Below, piece by piece: positions 9,709 to 20,115 of a stretch of 64,000 nucleotides of DNA. Both the position numbers and the translations under genes were made by a program. The stretch covers positions 28,628-92,627 of the forward strand of contig CAZVMQ010000001.1 in assembly GCA_964628755.1 (NCBI GenBank), written 5' to 3'. This stretch comes from an uncultured Halanaerobiaceae bacterium. GTDB taxonomy: Bacteria > Bacillota > Halanaerobiia > Halanaerobiales > Halarsenatibacteraceae. The stretch's first letter is position 1. Each line of letters starts with the position of its first letter. Under the pieces are notes generated by a model. The model was not told the origin of the DNA, searched no databases, and saw only the letters and a program-made list of their open reading frames with translations.

Positions 9709-10893
9709 ATGAAAGGTAATTATAAATTCACTTCAGAATCAGTTACTGAGGGCCATCCAGATAAAATTGCTGATCAAATTTCTGATGCTGTTCTTGATGC
9801 TATCTTAGAAAAAGACCCTGAGGCTAGAGTTGCCTGTGAAACATTTACGACAACCGGTTTAGTGCTTGTATCAGGAGAAATATCAACTGATTGTTATGTG
9901 GACATTTCTCATGTTGCTCGTGAAACTATAGTAGATATTGGCTATAATCGAGCCAAATTTGGTTTTGATGGAGAAACATGTGCAGTTATGACAGCTATTG
10001 ATGAGCAGTCCTCTGATATTGCCAGAGGCGTTGATAAGGCTGCCAATAGTGATGGAAAAAAGAAAGAAACTAAATTAGGAGCAGGAGATCAGGGCATTAT
10101 GTTCGGCTATGCCTGTTCGGAGACTTCTGAGTTGATGCCATTGCCTATAATGCTATCTCATAAGTTAGCGAGAAAATTAGCGCAGGTCAGAAAAGATAAA
10201 ATTCTTGAATATCTTCGCCCTGATGGAAAGACTCAGGTGACTGTAGAATATGAAGATGATGAACCGGTTAGAGTTGATAAAGTGGTAGTTTCAGCCCAGC
10301 ATCATCCTGATATAAAAATGGATAAATTAGAAGAAGACATTATTGAATATGTCATTAATGAGACAATTTCAGAAGATTTACTTGATAATGAAACTAAATA
10401 TTTAATTAATCCTACCGGCAGATTCGTTATTGGTGGTCCCCACGGAGATGCTGGACTCACAGGCCGAAAAGTAATAGTTGACACTTATGGAGGTTATTCC
10501 CGGCATGGTGGTGGATGTTTTTCCGGCAAGGATGCCACAAAAGTTGATCGTTCAGCTTCTTATGCTGCCAGATATATTGCGAAAAATATAGTTGCTGCTG
10601 GCCTGGCGAAAAGGTGTGAAGTCCAATTATCTTATGCTATAGGAGTAGCTCAACCATTGTCTATTATGGTAGACACTTTTGGCACCGGAACAATTTCAGA
10701 GGCTAATATTAAGACTCTAGTCCGTGATAATTTCGAGTTAACTCCTGCTGCAATCATCGATAAATTAGAATTGCAAAAACCTGTTTTTCAACAGGTGGCA
10801 GCATACGGTCATTTTGGCCGATCCGATCTGGATTTAACCTGGGAAAAAACGGATAAGGCTGATCTGCTTCGCTCTCAAGCTGAAAAACTATAA
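9709..10893 (+). CDS. metK: S-adenosylmethionine synthetase
   Basis: [28 protein letters not shown] and AAYGHFG motifs. Confidence 0.98.
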   Translation: MKGNYKFTSESVTEGHPDKIADQISDAVLDAILEKDPEARVACETFTTTGLVLVSGEISTDCYVDISHVARETIVDIGYNRAKFGFDGETCAVMTAIDEQSSDIARGVDKAANSDGKKKETKLGAGDQGIMFGYACSETSELMPLPIMLSHKLARKLAQVRKDKILEYLRPDGKTQVTVEYEDDEPVRVDKVVVSAQHHPDIKMDKLEEDIIEYVINETISEDLLDNETKYLINPTGRFVIGGPHGDAGLTGRKVIVDTYGGYSRHGGGCFSGKDATKVDRSASYAARYIAKNIVAAGLAKRCEVQLSYAIGVAQPLSIMVDTFGTGTISEANIKTLVRDNFELTPAAIIDKLELQKPVFQQVAAYGHFGRSDLDLTWEKTDKADLLRSQAEKL

Positions 10894-10920
10894 ATTTATA
10901 AATTAAGGAAGTATTTAGAT

Positions 10921-11964
10921 ATGTATTTAAAAAGAGAGCTTAGCAGGGAAAATTTAATTAAAGGAGTTAGGTTAGCAGTATCCATAAGCCTGGTCATTTC
11001 AGCGATACTTATTATATTTACTATAGATATTGAAGCTTTAGAAAGCGTTTTAGATTACATTGACTTTGCTACTTTTGCTCTTCTATTTTCACTTACAGTT
11101 TTAAACTGGTTTATGGCTGCTTTTACTTTGAAAATTTTAGCCCTGGCAGTAAATGAAAAATTATCCCTGTGGGCAGGACTAAAAGTTTACCTGGCTGGTG
11201 CTTTTGCTTCCAGGGTTACCCCCTTCGCTACAGGTGGCGGACCTTTCCGGGTATTCTTTTTGACAAGAAATGGAGTTGATGTAGCTAAAGCTTCTTCCAT
11301 TGTGATTGTGCAATTTGTTTATCGAATGATGATTCTTGGTATCATGACCATCATATTTTTTGCCTTTTTCCGTGAATATATATCAAGCGGTTTTATACCT
11401 TTTTCTTTATTTGTGCTGGTTATATTATTTGGGGCCTTAATTTCTCTTGGCATAGTGCTGTTTTCTCTGGTTCCAAATGTGGCGGAAAGTATTTTCGCAA
11501 AAATATTACATATCCCTGTTATTTATAAGTTTTTCCAGCGCAGCTTTAAGGCCAAGCGTTATCTGGTCAGAACAAAGTGGGGATTAACCCGATTTCGAAA
11601 TTCATTACGTTCTTTAAGTCATAAACCAATCCATCTCATAATTACATTAATTACTGTATTTTTATTCTGGAGTTTATTATTTATAATAGTACCGGTGCTG
11701 TTATCGGGCTTAAGTTTAGAAGCAAATTTCATGAGAGCTTATATAATGCAGACTTTAATTTTTCTGGTTTTACCTTTTTTTCCTACTCCTGGTGCCAGTG
11801 GTATAGCAGAGCTGGGAGTGGCATCATTATTTGCTGCATTTGTACCGGGAAATTATTTGGGGATAGTAGTTTTTGGCTGGCGTTTTTTCACATTTTATAT
11901 ACTTCTTTTGCCCGGAGGTTTATTGTGCCTGAAGGAGATCAATAAGGGGGATAATATTGACTGA
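10921..11964 (+). CDS. UPF0104 / lysylphosphatidylglycerol-synthase TM-domain (flippase-like) membrane protein
   Basis: Multi-TM protein with VTPFATGGGP, PTPGASGIAE and WRFFTFY family motifs. Confidence 0.8.
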   Translation: MYLKRELSRENLIKGVRLAVSISLVISAILIIFTIDIEALESVLDYIDFATFALLFSLTVLNWFMAAFTLKILALAVNEKLSLWAGLKVYLAGAFASRVTPFATGGGPFRVFFLTRNGVDVAKASSIVIVQFVYRMMILGIMTIIFFAFFREYISSGFIPFSLFVLVILFGALISLGIVLFSLVPNVAESIFAKILHIPVIYKFFQRSFKAKRYLVRTKWGLTRFRNSLRSLSHKPIHLIITLITVFLFWSLLFIIVPVLLSGLSLEANFMRAYIMQTLIFLVLPFFPTPGASGIAELGVASLFAAFVPGNYLGIVVFGWRFFTFYILLLPGGLLCLKEINKGDNID

Positions 11965-14215
11965 TAAATTTATTGTGGTTACCGTTGATTTGCCAATTAG
12001 CAGCGGAAATAATGAATTCATTTACAAACCCGAAAAGAATAAACAGGCAGAGGACTATAAACTGGGTCAATTAGTTAAAGTTTCTCTCGGGCAAAAATCT
12101 GTTGTAGGCTTTGTAACTGACTTTACCGAAAATCCTCCCATTGAAAAGTCAAAAATTAAACCCATCAGTTCATTAATTTCCAGCCGGCCCTATATACCCA
12201 AACTTTTAATAAAATCACTGAAAAAACTGGCCCGTTATTATCACACTTCTCTGCAAAAATTTATTAAGACAGCTTTACCGGCCAAAGTTAGGGAAGAAGA
12301 AAACACTGAATTAAAAAGGCTGCATTACAGTTTAAAGAATTCCTTCGAACCAGAAAATAACATCATGCAGGATTTACAAAACAGGGCCCCCGCTCAGCAC
12401 CAAATTGTTAAATATTTATTACATGAAGAGAGAGAATTTATCCCGGCTACTGAAATTATCGAGAATATTGAAACCAGCAGGTCCGTATTGTATAGCCTTG
12501 AAAATAAAGATATAATAAAAAGAAGCATGAAATCTTTATGCAGACGACCTGTTTATAAATTTTTTGAGCAAGATGACTCTAAGAATATTTCTGATATCCA
12601 GCTTAATGACGAACAAAAAGAAGTTTTATCTGTTCTCAATCCTCTGGTCAAGCAACAAAAATCAGAGGTCAATTTGTTACATGGAGTGACAGGTAGCGGT
12701 AAAACCGAAGTTTATTTGCGGCTGGTAAGAAATTGTCTGCAACGGGGAAATAGTGCTATTATCCTGGTTCCGGAAATTTCTCTAACACCTCAGCTTGTAG
12801 ATTTTTTTTATAGAAATTTTCCGGCTGAAATTGCCGTTTTACACAGCAGACTTTCTGCCGGAGAAAGAAGGGATGAATGGTTCAGAATAAGAGAGGGAAA
12901 GGCCCGCCTTGTTATCGGTGCCAGGTCTGCTGTTTTTGCCCCGGTAAAAAATCTCGGTCTTATAATAATTGATGAAGAGCAGGAAACCTCATACAAGCAA
13001 AATTCTGACCCCTATTATCATGCTCGCGGAGCAGCGGTAATAAGAAGTCAGATTGAAGAATTTCCAGTAGTGCTGGGGACTGCTACTCCATCACTGGAGA
13101 GTTATTTTTTTGCCAAAAATGACGAATATAATTATTTAAGTTTAGATAAGAGAGCCGGGCCCGGGAAAATACCGGCTAAAAAAGTCGTAGATATGAGAGA
13201 GGAAATAAACAAAGGTAATTTTGGTTTATTGAGCAGGGATTTGCAGGAAGCTATAAATACTCGGCTGCAAAGAAATGAACAGGTTTTACTCTTTCTTAAT
13301 CGCAGAGGTTTTGCTAATTTCTTGCTCTGTCAAAAATGTGGTACGGCACTCAAATGTCAAAATTGTGATATAACTTTAACCCTGCACAAATATGATGATA
13401 GCTTAAAATGTCATTATTGCAATTATAAATTAAATATACCGGAAGAATGTCCGGATTGTGGTAGTGAACTATTAAAAGAGTTTGGTGCTGGTACTGAAAG
13501 ATTAGAAGAAAAAATATCAGAAATTTTTCCTGGAGCTAATATAGCCAGGATGGATAAAGATACTACCAGCAAAAAAAATTCTCACCAGGAAATTTTGTCT
13601 AAAATTGATCAGGGAAGTCTTGATATCTTAGTTGGCACACAGATGATTGCCAAGGGCCATGATTTTCATGATATTACCCTGGTTGGAATTTTAGGCGTTG
13701 ATTTTATTTTGAACCTACCTGATTTTCGTTCGGCCGAAAGAACTTTTCAACTTTTAACTCAGGTAGCTGGAAGGGCTGGGCGAGGAAAAAAACAGGGGCA
13801 GGTTGTTGTTCAAACTTATTCCCCGGACCATTATGCTTTACAGACTATGGTTAAAAATAATATAGAAAAATTCTATAAAATCGAATTAAAGTTGAGAAAC
13901 AAATTGAATTATCCTCCTTTCTCTCGTCTTGTACGTATAGTATTTAAGGGTAAAAAAGATGAGGAGTTATCTACAATCACTTCCAAAGTTAGAAATTACA
14001 TGAATAAAAAAGATATAAAAGGCCTGAAATTTCATGGCCCTCATCCGGCCCCACTTGGTAAAATTAAGGGGAATTTGCGCTGGCATCTCTTACTGTTCTT
14101 TGATAATTTACAAGTTCGCCAAAAATTTCTTTCCCGCTTACAGAATTTTATTCTGGATAATATATCGGGCAATGTTTCTTATTTTATTGATGTGGATCCT
14201 CTTTCGATGTTATAA
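11957..14215 (+). CDS. priA: Primosomal protein N'
   Basis: HGVTGSGKTEVY, IIIDEE, LNRRG, four CxxC zinc motifs, GTQMIAKG and QVAGRAGR. Confidence 0.97.
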   Translation: MTDKFIVVTVDLPISSGNNEFIYKPEKNKQAEDYKLGQLVKVSLGQKSVVGFVTDFTENPPIEKSKIKPISSLISSRPYIPKLLIKSLKKLARYYHTSLQKFIKTALPAKVREEENTELKRLHYSLKNSFEPENNIMQDLQNRAPAQHQIVKYLLHEEREFIPATEIIENIETSRSVLYSLENKDIIKRSMKSLCRRPVYKFFEQDDSKNISDIQLNDEQKEVLSVLNPLVKQQKSEVNLLHGVTGSGKTEVYLRLVRNCLQRGNSAIILVPEISLTPQLVDFFYRNFPAEIAVLHSRLSAGERRDEWFRIREGKARLVIGARSAVFAPVKNLGLIIIDEEQETSYKQNSDPYYHARGAAVIRSQIEEFPVVLGTATPSLESYFFAKNDEYNYLSLDKRAGPGKIPAKKVVDMREEINKGNFGLLSRDLQEAINTRLQRNEQVLLFLNRRGFANFLLCQKCGTALKCQNCDITLTLHKYDDSLKCHYCNYKLNIPEECPDCGSELLKEFGAGTERLEEKISEIFPGANIARMDKDTTSKKNSHQEILSKIDQGSLDILVGTQMIAKGHDFHDITLVGILGVDFILNLPDFRSAERTFQLLTQVAGRAGRGKKQGQVVVQTYSPDHYALQTMVKNNIEKFYKIELKLRNKLNYPPFSRLVRIVFKGKKDEELSTITSKVRNYMNKKDIKGLKFHGPHPAPLGKIKGNLRWHLLLFFDNLQVRQKFLSRLQNFILDNISGNVSYFIDVDPLSML

Positions 14216-14268
14216 TTAATTGAGATGATAGGTAGTTTGTAGTTTGTATACTTTTAGGAGGTGTTTAC

Positions 14269-14754
14269 ATGGCTGTTATGCCCATAAAAGAAATTGGGAA
14301 TCCGGTGTTAAGAACTGAAACAAATAAAGTGGAAAAATTTGATGATAACATTCAGGACTTGATAACAAATTTAATAGATACCTTAAGGGCTAATGATGGA
14401 CTGGGACTTGCTGCCAATCAAATAGGAATATTAAAACAGGTGGCTGTAATTGAAGTAGAGAATGAACTAATTAAGCTCATTAACCCAGAAATAATTGAAA
14501 AAAAAGGCAATGAAATTAGAGAAGAGGGTTGTTTAAGTGTGCCTGGAAGACAGGGGCCGGTGCCCAGGGCAACAGAGATAGCAGTTAAATATAAAGATGA
14601 AAATGGCAGGAAAATTGAAAAGAAGTTTGCAGATCTAACTGCCAGAGTTATTCAGCATGAAATAGATCATTTGCAGGGTGAGCTATTTGTAGATAAAATA
14701 GTTGATATTTCAGCTGGCCTGGATTTAGGAGAGCAAATTAAGGAGCTGGATTGA
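14269..14754 (+). CDS. def: Peptide deformylase
   Basis: GLGLAANQIG, EGCLSV and QHEIDHL motifs. Confidence 0.97.
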   Translation: MAVMPIKEIGNPVLRTETNKVEKFDDNIQDLITNLIDTLRANDGLGLAANQIGILKQVAVIEVENELIKLINPEIIEKKGNEIREEGCLSVPGRQGPVPRATEIAVKYKDENGRKIEKKFADLTARVIQHEIDHLQGELFVDKIVDISAGLDLGEQIKELD

Positions 14755-14757
14755 ATT

Positions 14758-15699
14758 ATGGATGTAATTTTCATGGGAAGCCCAGAATTTGCTGTGCCTT
14801 CTTTAAGAAAATTAGCTGATAGTGAGGATTTTTCCGTCTCTTTGGTTATTACTCAGCCTCCAAGAAAAAAAGGCAGGGAACAAAAGCTCAGTTTAACCCC
14901 TGTAGGTAAAACAGCTGAAGCTTTAAATTTAAAACTCAAACCAGTTGAAGATATTAATAAAAAAACAATTGTAGCTGACCTGATTGAAATAAAGCCTGAT
15001 TATATCGTTGTAGTTGCTTTTGGGCAGATACTGGGACCTAAAATTTTAAATATACCCCGGTTAGCGCCAGTGAATTTACATGCTTCATTATTGCCCAAAT
15101 ATCGCGGGGCCAGTCCTATTCAACATGCTATTATTAATGATGATGATATTACGGGAGTTTCTACTATTTATATGGTGGAAGAACTGGATGCTGGAGATAT
15201 TTTGCAACAATACGAAGTTAATATAGCAGAGGATGACACTGCAGGTAGTTTACATGATAAATTGGCAGAGATGGGGTCTGATTTACTTGTGGAAACTTTG
15301 CTGGAGTTTTCCCGGGGCAAAATTACTCCTGTTTCTCAAAACGAAGAATTAGCCAGTTACACGCCTAAATTGAGCAAAGAAGATGGAGAAATTAATTTTA
15401 ATCAGCCTGCGGTTGAAATTGTGAATAAAATTAGAGGATTCAATCCCTGGCCTGGTGCTTTCACTTTTTTCCGGGGAGAGAGGTTAAATTTACTTCAGGC
15501 CAGTGTCGCCTCTGAAAGCAATAGTAATATTGAACCAGGAAAAGTTCTGTGTGCAGATAAAAGAGCCGGCTTACAGATCAGCACATCTCAAAATAATTTA
15601 AAATTAGAAAAAGTCCAACCTGCCGGGTCTAAAAAAATCAATGCTCAGGATTTTATTAACGGTTATCAACCCAAACCGGGAGAAAAATTTGGCAGATAA
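14758..15699 (+). CDS. fmt: Methionyl-tRNA formyltransferase
   Basis: FMGSPEFA, NLHASLLPKYRGASP, LDAGD and NPWPGA motifs. Confidence 0.97.
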   Translation: MDVIFMGSPEFAVPSLRKLADSEDFSVSLVITQPPRKKGREQKLSLTPVGKTAEALNLKLKPVEDINKKTIVADLIEIKPDYIVVVAFGQILGPKILNIPRLAPVNLHASLLPKYRGASPIQHAIINDDDITGVSTIYMVEELDAGDILQQYEVNIAEDDTAGSLHDKLAEMGSDLLVETLLEFSRGKITPVSQNEELASYTPKLSKEDGEINFNQPAVEIVNKIRGFNPWPGAFTFFRGERLNLLQASVASESNSNIEPGKVLCADKRAGLQISTSQNNLKLEKVQPAGSKKINAQDFINGYQPKPGEKFGR

Positions 15700-15723
15700 T
15701 TTTGCAGGCTGGAGGTTATAAAC

Positions 15724-16392
15724 ATGGCCTTCTGGTTATTTTTTCTTTTACTAATTTTCTTCTTTCCTATATTATTGGGGCCTTTTCTATTTTTTCTTGT
15801 ATTTCTTTTATTATTGATACCTCTAAAATTTACTTTAACATCTATGACCAGTTTGTTTTCTGTCCCAGGGGAATTATATAGAATTGCCAAAAATCCTGCC
15901 CTGCGAAAGAACCACGCATTGGAACATGCCACTATTAATGTTCTGGAAGAATTATTCCCGTATGAAGGTTTGGCAGGTTATGCTGAAGAGGAAGGGTTTT
16001 ATATAATTGGCATCAACGATATTTCCCGGGTCAAAAAGGCCGCTAATGAAGGGTTGCATAGACTGCGAAAAGGGGAAAATAATTTGGTAATACACGATAG
16101 ATGTGGCACTACTATTACTGCTGCAAATCTAGCTTCAGCAGTGTTTTTTCTAATTTTACTTTTTACAACTGGCTATTTTTCCATCTGGACAATGCTATTT
16201 GCAATGCTTTTGGCCAATCTTACAGGTCCATTTTTGGGCAAATTTTTGCAGATGCACATCACGACTTCTTCTGATGTTGATACTATGGTTATTAAAGGTG
16301 CTTATATAGATGAGGCTAAAATTGGATTTTTCCAGCAGGGAGGAAAAATATTTGTAGAAACCCGGGAAATCCCCTATATTCAGCCTGGTTGA
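15724..16392 (+). CDS. Uncharacterised membrane protein, DUF6391-like
   Basis: Hydrophobic N-terminus; RKNHALEHAT and HDRCGT motifs; two further TM segments; RBS GGAGG. Family assignment is from memory of the motifs. Confidence 0.65.
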   Translation: MAFWLFFLLLIFFFPILLGPFLFFLVFLLLLIPLKFTLTSMTSLFSVPGELYRIAKNPALRKNHALEHATINVLEELFPYEGLAGYAEEEGFYIIGINDISRVKKAANEGLHRLRKGENNLVIHDRCGTTITAANLASAVFFLILLFTTGYFSIWTMLFAMLLANLTGPFLGKFLQMHITTSSDVDTMVIKGAYIDEAKIGFFQQGGKIFVETREIPYIQPG

Positions 16393-16409
16393 TTTGGAGG
16401 TAAATTTTT

Positions 16410-17453
16410 GTGAAAGACCACATTATGAGCAGGACTTTAACTGAACTGAAAAATGAACTTGAAAAATCTGATTTTCCCCGGTTTAGAGCTGAACAATTGT
16501 ATAACTGGTTTTATAAAAATACAACAGTTAAACTAGAAAACATGACCAATCTACCCCAGGATTTTAAGAGTTTTCTTAAAAAAGAGTATGTGTTTACAAC
16601 TTTAACCAGGAGAGACATCAATGAAGTCAAAGATGGTACTTTAAAATTCTTGTGGCAAACCAAAGAAGATAATCATCTGGAAAGTGTATTAATTCCGCAA
16701 AATAATAAGGATAACTATACCGCCTGTCTTTCTTCTCAAATAGGTTGTAATCTGGGCTGTAAATTTTGCGCTTCAGGGGTTTCAGGTAAAATTAGAGATC
16801 TTACTGCAGGCGAAATTGTAGAGCAGTTATGGCAGATGAAAAAATATCTTGCAGAGTATAAAACAGGGGATATTAGAAATATTGTATTTATGGGCATGGG
16901 GGAACCGTTATTAAATTATGAAGCCTTAAAAAACTCCCTTAAAATTTTTATCACAGATAAAGGTTTTGATTTTGGCAAACGCAGAATTACTGTTTCTACT
17001 GTGGGAATAGTACCCAAAATTAAAAGATTTGCCGATGATTTTTCTCAAATAGGACTTGCAATTTCTTTGCATTCTGCTGACAGTAAAATTCGTTCACAAT
17101 TAATTCCCATTAATCGCAAGTATTCTCTCGAGCAGTTAAAAAAATCCTTGCATTATTACAATAATACTACTGGTAGACGAGTTACTCTGGAATATATCGT
17201 GTTTGCAGGTAAAAATAATAGCAGAGAGGACGCAAAAAAATTGCAAGAATTTTGCTCAGGACTGAATAGCCATATTAATTTGTTGAGGGCAAATCCAGTC
17301 GAGGAACTGGAAGTCAAATCCACTCCTCAAAAAAAAGTCAATGAATTCAAGAAGTTATTAAAGGATCTGGGACTTTCAGTTAGCATTAGAGAAAGCAGAG
17401 GTAAAGACAAAGAAGCAGCCTGCGGTCAATTAAGATTACAACGGGAGGAATGA
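16410..17453 (+). CDS. rlmN: Dual-specificity RNA methyltransferase RlmN
   Basis: SSQIGCNLGCKFC radical-SAM motif, MGMGEP, AISLHS and AACGQL. Confidence 0.96.
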   Translation: MKDHIMSRTLTELKNELEKSDFPRFRAEQLYNWFYKNTTVKLENMTNLPQDFKSFLKKEYVFTTLTRRDINEVKDGTLKFLWQTKEDNHLESVLIPQNNKDNYTACLSSQIGCNLGCKFCASGVSGKIRDLTAGEIVEQLWQMKKYLAEYKTGDIRNIVFMGMGEPLLNYEALKNSLKIFITDKGFDFGKRRITVSTVGIVPKIKRFADDFSQIGLAISLHSADSKIRSQLIPINRKYSLEQLKKSLHYYNNTTGRRVTLEYIVFAGKNNSREDAKKLQEFCSGLNSHINLLRANPVEELEVKSTPQKKVNEFKKLLKDLGLSVSIRESRGKDKEAACGQLRLQREE

Positions 17454-17459
17454 TAATTT

Positions 17460-18176
17460 ATGAAAGCTGCCGGCAGGTCTGATCCCGGGAAAATTCGCAA
17501 TAAAAATGAAGATAATTATTCTATCAGACAGAAACCTTACCCTATTCTGGCGGTAGCTGATGGCATGGGGGGGCATGCAGCTGGAGATGTAGCTAGCTCA
17601 ATTGTGATTGATATGGTTGAAAAATATGAGTTTCCGGAGAATAATATTGATAATAATGTTATGAAAGATATTGTTAATTTAGCTAACAAAGAAGTAATTA
17701 AAAAGGGAGAAAACAATCCTGAATATCAGGGAATGGGAACTACCTTATCTGTAGGGGCTATAGTTGACCAGAAATTATATTATGGTCATGTAGGTGACAG
17801 TCGAATTTATCTACATAGAAATGAAAGTCTACAGAAAATATCGGCTGACGATTCTTTAGTAGCTCAAATGTTAGAATCTGGCGAAATATCAAAACAAGAA
17901 GCCTTTCAGCACCCCCGCAGTAATGTTTTAACCCAGGCTATTGGCCTGGAAGAAAACCTTGATATAGAGACCGGCAACCTGGAATTGAATTCTGATGATT
18001 TGCTGCTATTTTGCACAGATGGTCTTACAGATATGATTCCCGAAAACAAAATCGAAACAATTATTTCGGAGCTTAATAAAAAACAAGTCGAAAAAGTTTG
18101 TGAACATTTACTGGAAAATGCTCTTGCTGCAGGCGGTTCAGACAATATAACTATAGTTGCTGGCTGGATTGACTGA
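17460..18176 (+). CDS. prpC: PP2C-type Ser/Thr phosphatase (PrpC/Stp1)
   Basis: NED, VADGMGGH, GMGTT, HVGDSR, CTDGL and GGSDNIT motifs. Confidence 0.95.
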   Translation: MKAAGRSDPGKIRNKNEDNYSIRQKPYPILAVADGMGGHAAGDVASSIVIDMVEKYEFPENNIDNNVMKDIVNLANKEVIKKGENNPEYQGMGTTLSVGAIVDQKLYYGHVGDSRIYLHRNESLQKISADDSLVAQMLESGEISKQEAFQHPRSNVLTQAIGLEENLDIETGNLELNSDDLLLFCTDGLTDMIPENKIETIISELNKKQVEKVCEHLLENALAAGGSDNITIVAGWID

Positions 18177-18194
18177 GATAGAGGTGAAGATAAG

Positions 18195-20108
18195 TTGGAA
18201 GAAAAACTTGATGATAGATATCAGTTGAATAAAGTTTTAGGTGAAGGCGGTATGGCTGTGGTTTATCAGGCAACAGATTTATTATTGAACAGACCTGTTG
18301 CTGTTAAAATTTTAAAAAAAGAGTTTGCCAGTGATCAGGGTTTTATTGAAAGAATCAGAAGAGAAGCCAGAGCAGTAGCCAGGCTTTCCCATCCCCATAT
18401 TGTCAGTATTTATGATATGGGGCAGGACGGGAACAAACATTACATTGTAATGGAGAAGGTATCTGGAAATACTCTTAAAAATTTCATAGCCAATAATGGC
18501 AAATTAAGCCCGGAATTAGCCTTACAGATAGCCCGGCAAATTAGTTCTGCTTTAATTAAAGCCCATGAAAATAATATTATTCATTGTGATATAAAACCCC
18601 ATAATATATTAATTACTGATAATAATAAAGTGAAAGTAACTGATTTTGGTATTGCTAGAGCAGTAAATACCTCGCAAACGTTAACATTAACTGATTCTAT
18701 AGAGGGAAGTGCCCACTATTTTTCTCCGGAACAGGCCCAGGGAGGAAAAGTTGGTCCAGCTACAGATGTATATTCTTTAGGGGTGGTTCTTTACGAAATG
18801 ATAACAGGAGAAGTCCCTTTCACAGGTGATACCCCTATTTCTGTAGCAGTTCAGCATGTACAGGGTAATATTCCAGATCTGAGTGAATATAAAACTGTTC
18901 CAGAAGAGATAGATACTCTGATAAAAAAAGCCATGGCTAAAGATCCCCGGGATAGATTTTCGAACGCCAGAGAATTAAAAAACAATCTGGAAGTAGTTTC
19001 ACAGAAACTGAAAAATAGAAATAATGGACAAAAATCTCTGGACAGTGCTACCAGCGATGAGGAAACTATAAGCAAAGAAAACGCAACTAAAAATAGAGGA
19101 ACTAAAAAATCACAATCCAGAGAAAAGTTTTGGGGTATCAATAAACTTAAAAAAATATTTAACTTTTCTCCTATCAAATATCTTGTTGTTATATTACTGG
19201 TATTTATTTTTGTGATTGGGGGAGTAATTTTTGCCTATAATTTATTTATGGATGTACCGGTAGTACAAGTCCCAGAAGTAACAGAATTACAACTGGAAGA
19301 AGGACAAAAAGAATTATCTGAGGTAGGGCTGGAATATAATATTGCAGAAGAAGTGCATCATCCAGAAATTCCCTCCGGACATATTGTTCAGCAGCAGCCA
19401 GAAGCTGAAACAGAAATAAGGCAGACAAGAACTGTACAGATTTATGTCAGTTCAGGTCCAGAAAAGAGTACTATTCCCGATTTAACCGGAGCAAATTTAA
19501 GGACAGCAAGAATAGAATTGGAAAGCAAAGGGTATGAGGTAGGTGAAACACTTTACGAATTTTCTGATTTATATGCTCAGGATGAAGTAATTAAAACTGA
19601 TCCTCAAGCTGGTGAAGAATATTCTGTAAATCAAGAAGTAGATATGATCATTAGTATGGGACCTTCCCCTTCCCAGGTGGAAGTTCCAGGAATTATTGGA
19701 CTTGATTGGAGAAAAGCTCAGGAATTTTTGCAGGCAAATAATCTAAGACTGGGAGGGGTTAACGAAGAAAAAACTTCACGTTTTCCCAGGGGATTAATAA
19801 TTGATCAATCCTTGGCACCAGGAAGGTTTGTCTCTGCCGGCCGCAGTGTTGATGTCACAATAAGTGCAGGTTTAAAAGAAGATATAGACGAAGATGATAT
19901 TAATTCTAGAGAAATAAGTTTTACTGCTAAAGGAGAGGAGAGGGCTGAATACAAAGTCATAGTAGAAGATGATATTGGTCATGAGGTGGTCTGGCAGAAA
20001 TTTTTACCTCCTGATCAGGAAGTACAAATAGAAATTTATAGTGTTGGATCAACTCGTTATCAAATCATGAGAGAAGAGGAGATTATTTATAACAAAATTT
20101 TTGATTAA
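18195..20108 (+). CDS. prkC: PASTA-domain Ser/Thr kinase (PrkC/PknB)
   Basis: GEGGMAVVY, VAVK, HCDIKPHN and TDFGIAR motifs; one TM helix; three PASTA repeats. Confidence 0.96.
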   Translation: MEEKLDDRYQLNKVLGEGGMAVVYQATDLLLNRPVAVKILKKEFASDQGFIERIRREARAVARLSHPHIVSIYDMGQDGNKHYIVMEKVSGNTLKNFIANNGKLSPELALQIARQISSALIKAHENNIIHCDIKPHNILITDNNKVKVTDFGIARAVNTSQTLTLTDSIEGSAHYFSPEQAQGGKVGPATDVYSLGVVLYEMITGEVPFTGDTPISVAVQHVQGNIPDLSEYKTVPEEIDTLIKKAMAKDPRDRFSNARELKNNLEVVSQKLKNRNNGQKSLDSATSDEETISKENATKNRGTKKSQSREKFWGINKLKKIFNFSPIKYLVVILLVFIFVIGGVIFAYNLFMDVPVVQVPEVTELQLEEGQKELSEVGLEYNIAEEVHHPEIPSGHIVQQQPEAETEIRQTRTVQIYVSSGPEKSTIPDLTGANLRTARIELESKGYEVGETLYEFSDLYAQDEVIKTDPQAGEEYSVNQEVDMIISMGPSPSQVEVPGIIGLDWRKAQEFLQANNLRLGGVNEEKTSRFPRGLIIDQSLAPGRFVSAGRSVDVTISAGLKEDIDEDDINSREISFTAKGEERAEYKVIVEDDIGHEVVWQKFLPPDQEVQIEIYSVGSTRYQIMREEEIIYNKIFD

Positions 20109-20115
20109 AAGAGGG

